DNA of 64,000 nucleotides from an uncultured Chlamydiales bacterium (GTDB lineage Bacteria; Chlamydiota; Chlamydiia; Chlamydiales; JAAKFR01): NCBI GenBank assembly GCA_963832835.1, contig CAWHVD010000001.1, positions 1,160,536 to 1,224,535 of the forward strand, read 5' to 3'. Shown piece by piece: positions 62,582 to 64,000 of this stretch (position 1 is its first letter; each line of letters starts with the position of its first letter). The notes under the pieces were generated by a model. It saw only the letters and a program-made list of their open reading frames with translations, ran no database searches and was not told where the DNA came from. The position numbers and the translations under genes were made by a program.

Positions 62582-64000
62582 ATGCATATTCCAGCTGAAA
62601 AAGATGATTCTTTACAACCTCGGTACTCATTTAATCGTGAGCAGGGGGAAGAGATTGTTCAGGGTTTACAGTCCGGAAATCGCCTTGCTTATGACACAGT
62701 TGCCCAAAAATTTGTCGTTCTTCCCAAAGGTAGTTCTGATGAAAAGCATATTCAAGATTTGGGGACACTTACCAATAAAATCGATGAGTTCATCAAACAC
62801 GCGCGCGGCAGGGGACTGTCAGATGAGGCTATTGGGAACATAGAAGAAGCGGCACGCGCGCGCAGCTACGAGCTTAAACAACGGGCCTCGGGTATGCGCG
62901 GGCTTTTTATTTCACAAGAAGAGCTATCGATTATAGATGCAAAGGCAGCATTGCTCGATCAAATGGCATCTACGGTCGATTCATGGGTGATGCATTATTT
63001 GGATGAATTCCGTCTGATCAGTGGGGGAATAACTGATAAATCAATTGAGCCAAGGCATCGAGAATGGTATCTCAATCAAGGGATCTATCTTGAATATATG
63101 AAAACTGTAGATGAGCCTACAAGGCAGCAATTGGGCCTTGCTATGCTGCACGGCTATAGTAAGGCGGCTACTGTCCGCGAAGAGGATTCTAAAAGACTTG
63201 AAATTCAGACAACGCCCATCCTTCCACAGGATTTTAGATACCATCGCGGGGCATCCAACACACTCCTGGAAAGTGTTAATAGTGCCTACGCAAAGAAGAT
63301 GGGGATTGATCCACCCGATCTTTATTTGGTGAGCAGCCCCCTGGTGCGGGAAGTGTTTGCACGTGAGATGCCCATTGCACAAGTGCATTTAGATATAGGG
63401 AGTGAAGAAGAGTTCGGAGCGATGATCGACCAATTTTTAAACCAAGCCTCAAAGGGGATTGTCCCTGAAAGATTGGCACTATTTGACATCACACGCTTGA
63501 TGGTAGCTTATCAATACAATCCAGGTGATATTTATCTAATTGTAAAAGGATTAGAGGTAATCGCAAAGGAAAGGGCACAAGAATATGCAAAAATGCATCC
63601 TGAAATGACATCTTATGGGATCGAGGTGCTCTTGTCTAAGTTACAGCCCTATGCGTTGATGCAACATCAAGGCCAACATGTCTTGTTAACTCCCTGGATA
63701 TTTGAGCATACCTCTGAAAAGCCCTCATTCATCAAAAAAATCTTAACACGCTCGGGGTTTTACTTAAGTCCGGATCAGGCAAAATCAGCCTGGCTTGCTA
63801 TAGAGACTCCTCTGCAAATTTTGCAGGTTTTAGGCCTTCCCGGCACTTCTTTGGGTACAAGAGGCACAGAGGTTCCTCAGGTATGCGCGGATTTCAAAGC
63901 CTTTTTAGAGGCACCTATTCTGCAAAAATTTAAGGCACTTTCGGATGCTACAGGTGCACCGCCCTATTTAAAAATACTGCCCCGAGCGACGGTTGCGCTG
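62582..64000 (+). CDS. large hypothetical protein, 5' part (open to the right window edge)
   Basis: From the ATG at 62582, 473 codons run without a stop to position 64000 (MHIPAEKDDSLQPRYSFNREQGEEIV...). It is not in the ORF track because it lacks a stop. The upstream region is AT-rich. Confidence 0.6.
   Translation, partial: MHIPAEKDDSLQPRYSFNREQGEEIVQGLQSGNRLAYDTVAQKFVVLPKGSSDEKHIQDLGTLTNKIDEFIKHARGRGLSDEAIGNIEEAARARSYELKQRASGMRGLFISQEELSIIDAKAALLDQMASTVDSWVMHYLDEFRLISGGITDKSIEPRHREWYLNQGIYLEYMKTVDEPTRQQLGLAMLHGYSKAATVREEDSKRLEIQTTPILPQDFRYHRGASNTLLESVNSAYAKKMGIDPPDLYLVSSPLVREVFAREMPIAQVHLDIGSEEEFGAMIDQFLNQASKGIVPERLALFDITRLMVAYQYNPGDIYLIVKGLEVIAKERAQEYAKMHPEMTSYGIEVLLSKLQPYALMQHQGQHVLLTPWIFEHTSEKPSFIKKILTRSGFYLSPDQAKSAWLAIETPLQILQVLGLPGTSLGTRGTEVPQVCADFKAFLEAPILQKFKALSDATGAPPYLKILPRATVAL

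Overview
Bacterial chromosome segment with about 55 protein genes. There is no rRNA, no intact tRNA and no CRISPR array.

Likely source (inference only): an environmental, amoeba-associated Chlamydia-like organism. Supporting gene content includes RNase HIII, a RodZ-like HTH protein, futalosine-route menaquinone genes, RsbV, an NqrM-like peptide, LptD, an Inc-like bilobed membrane protein, a Cys-containing OmpA-like barrel, an F-box-like protein and a eukaryote-type sterol reductase.

Housekeeping blocks:
- rnhC
- a TolC-like/EmrA pair
- rodZ-like and DUF368 genes
- rsmA
- nadK-dxs-xseBA
- tpiA-secG-def
- a copper P-type ATPase
- lptD, a HEAT-repeat protein and maf
- ubiE-mqnA-mqnE/C
- rsbV, rny, a CBS/DUF21 protein and dus

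Main signals:
1. A 160-161 bp palindromic MITE is present in 10 copies. It has 21-22 bp terminal inverted repeats and 3-bp TAA/TTA target duplications. One copy is nested in another, and two insertions rewrite gene 3' ends. No transposase lies in the window.
2. A decayed integrative island spans about 14.1-20.0 kb. It holds a tRNA-like 3' fragment, a 29-codon integrase stub, an AbiEi/AbiEii pair and an AT-rich F-box-like repeat protein. Next to it is a kinase-like protein with 102-bp tandem repeats.
3. An accessory stretch spans about 49.4-62.4 kb. It contains an acyl-CoA desaturase, a GIY-YIG ORF abutting a 5'-truncated nfi, a GCKR/MurQ-like double-SIS protein, a Mut7-C::CapA fusion, a methyltransferase coupled to a CphA-like ATP-grasp enzyme without a Mur-ligase domain, a Gly/Trp/Tyr-rich secreted protein and an ERG4/ERG24 sterol reductase.

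All functional calls rest on motif recognition by eye. No database search was run.
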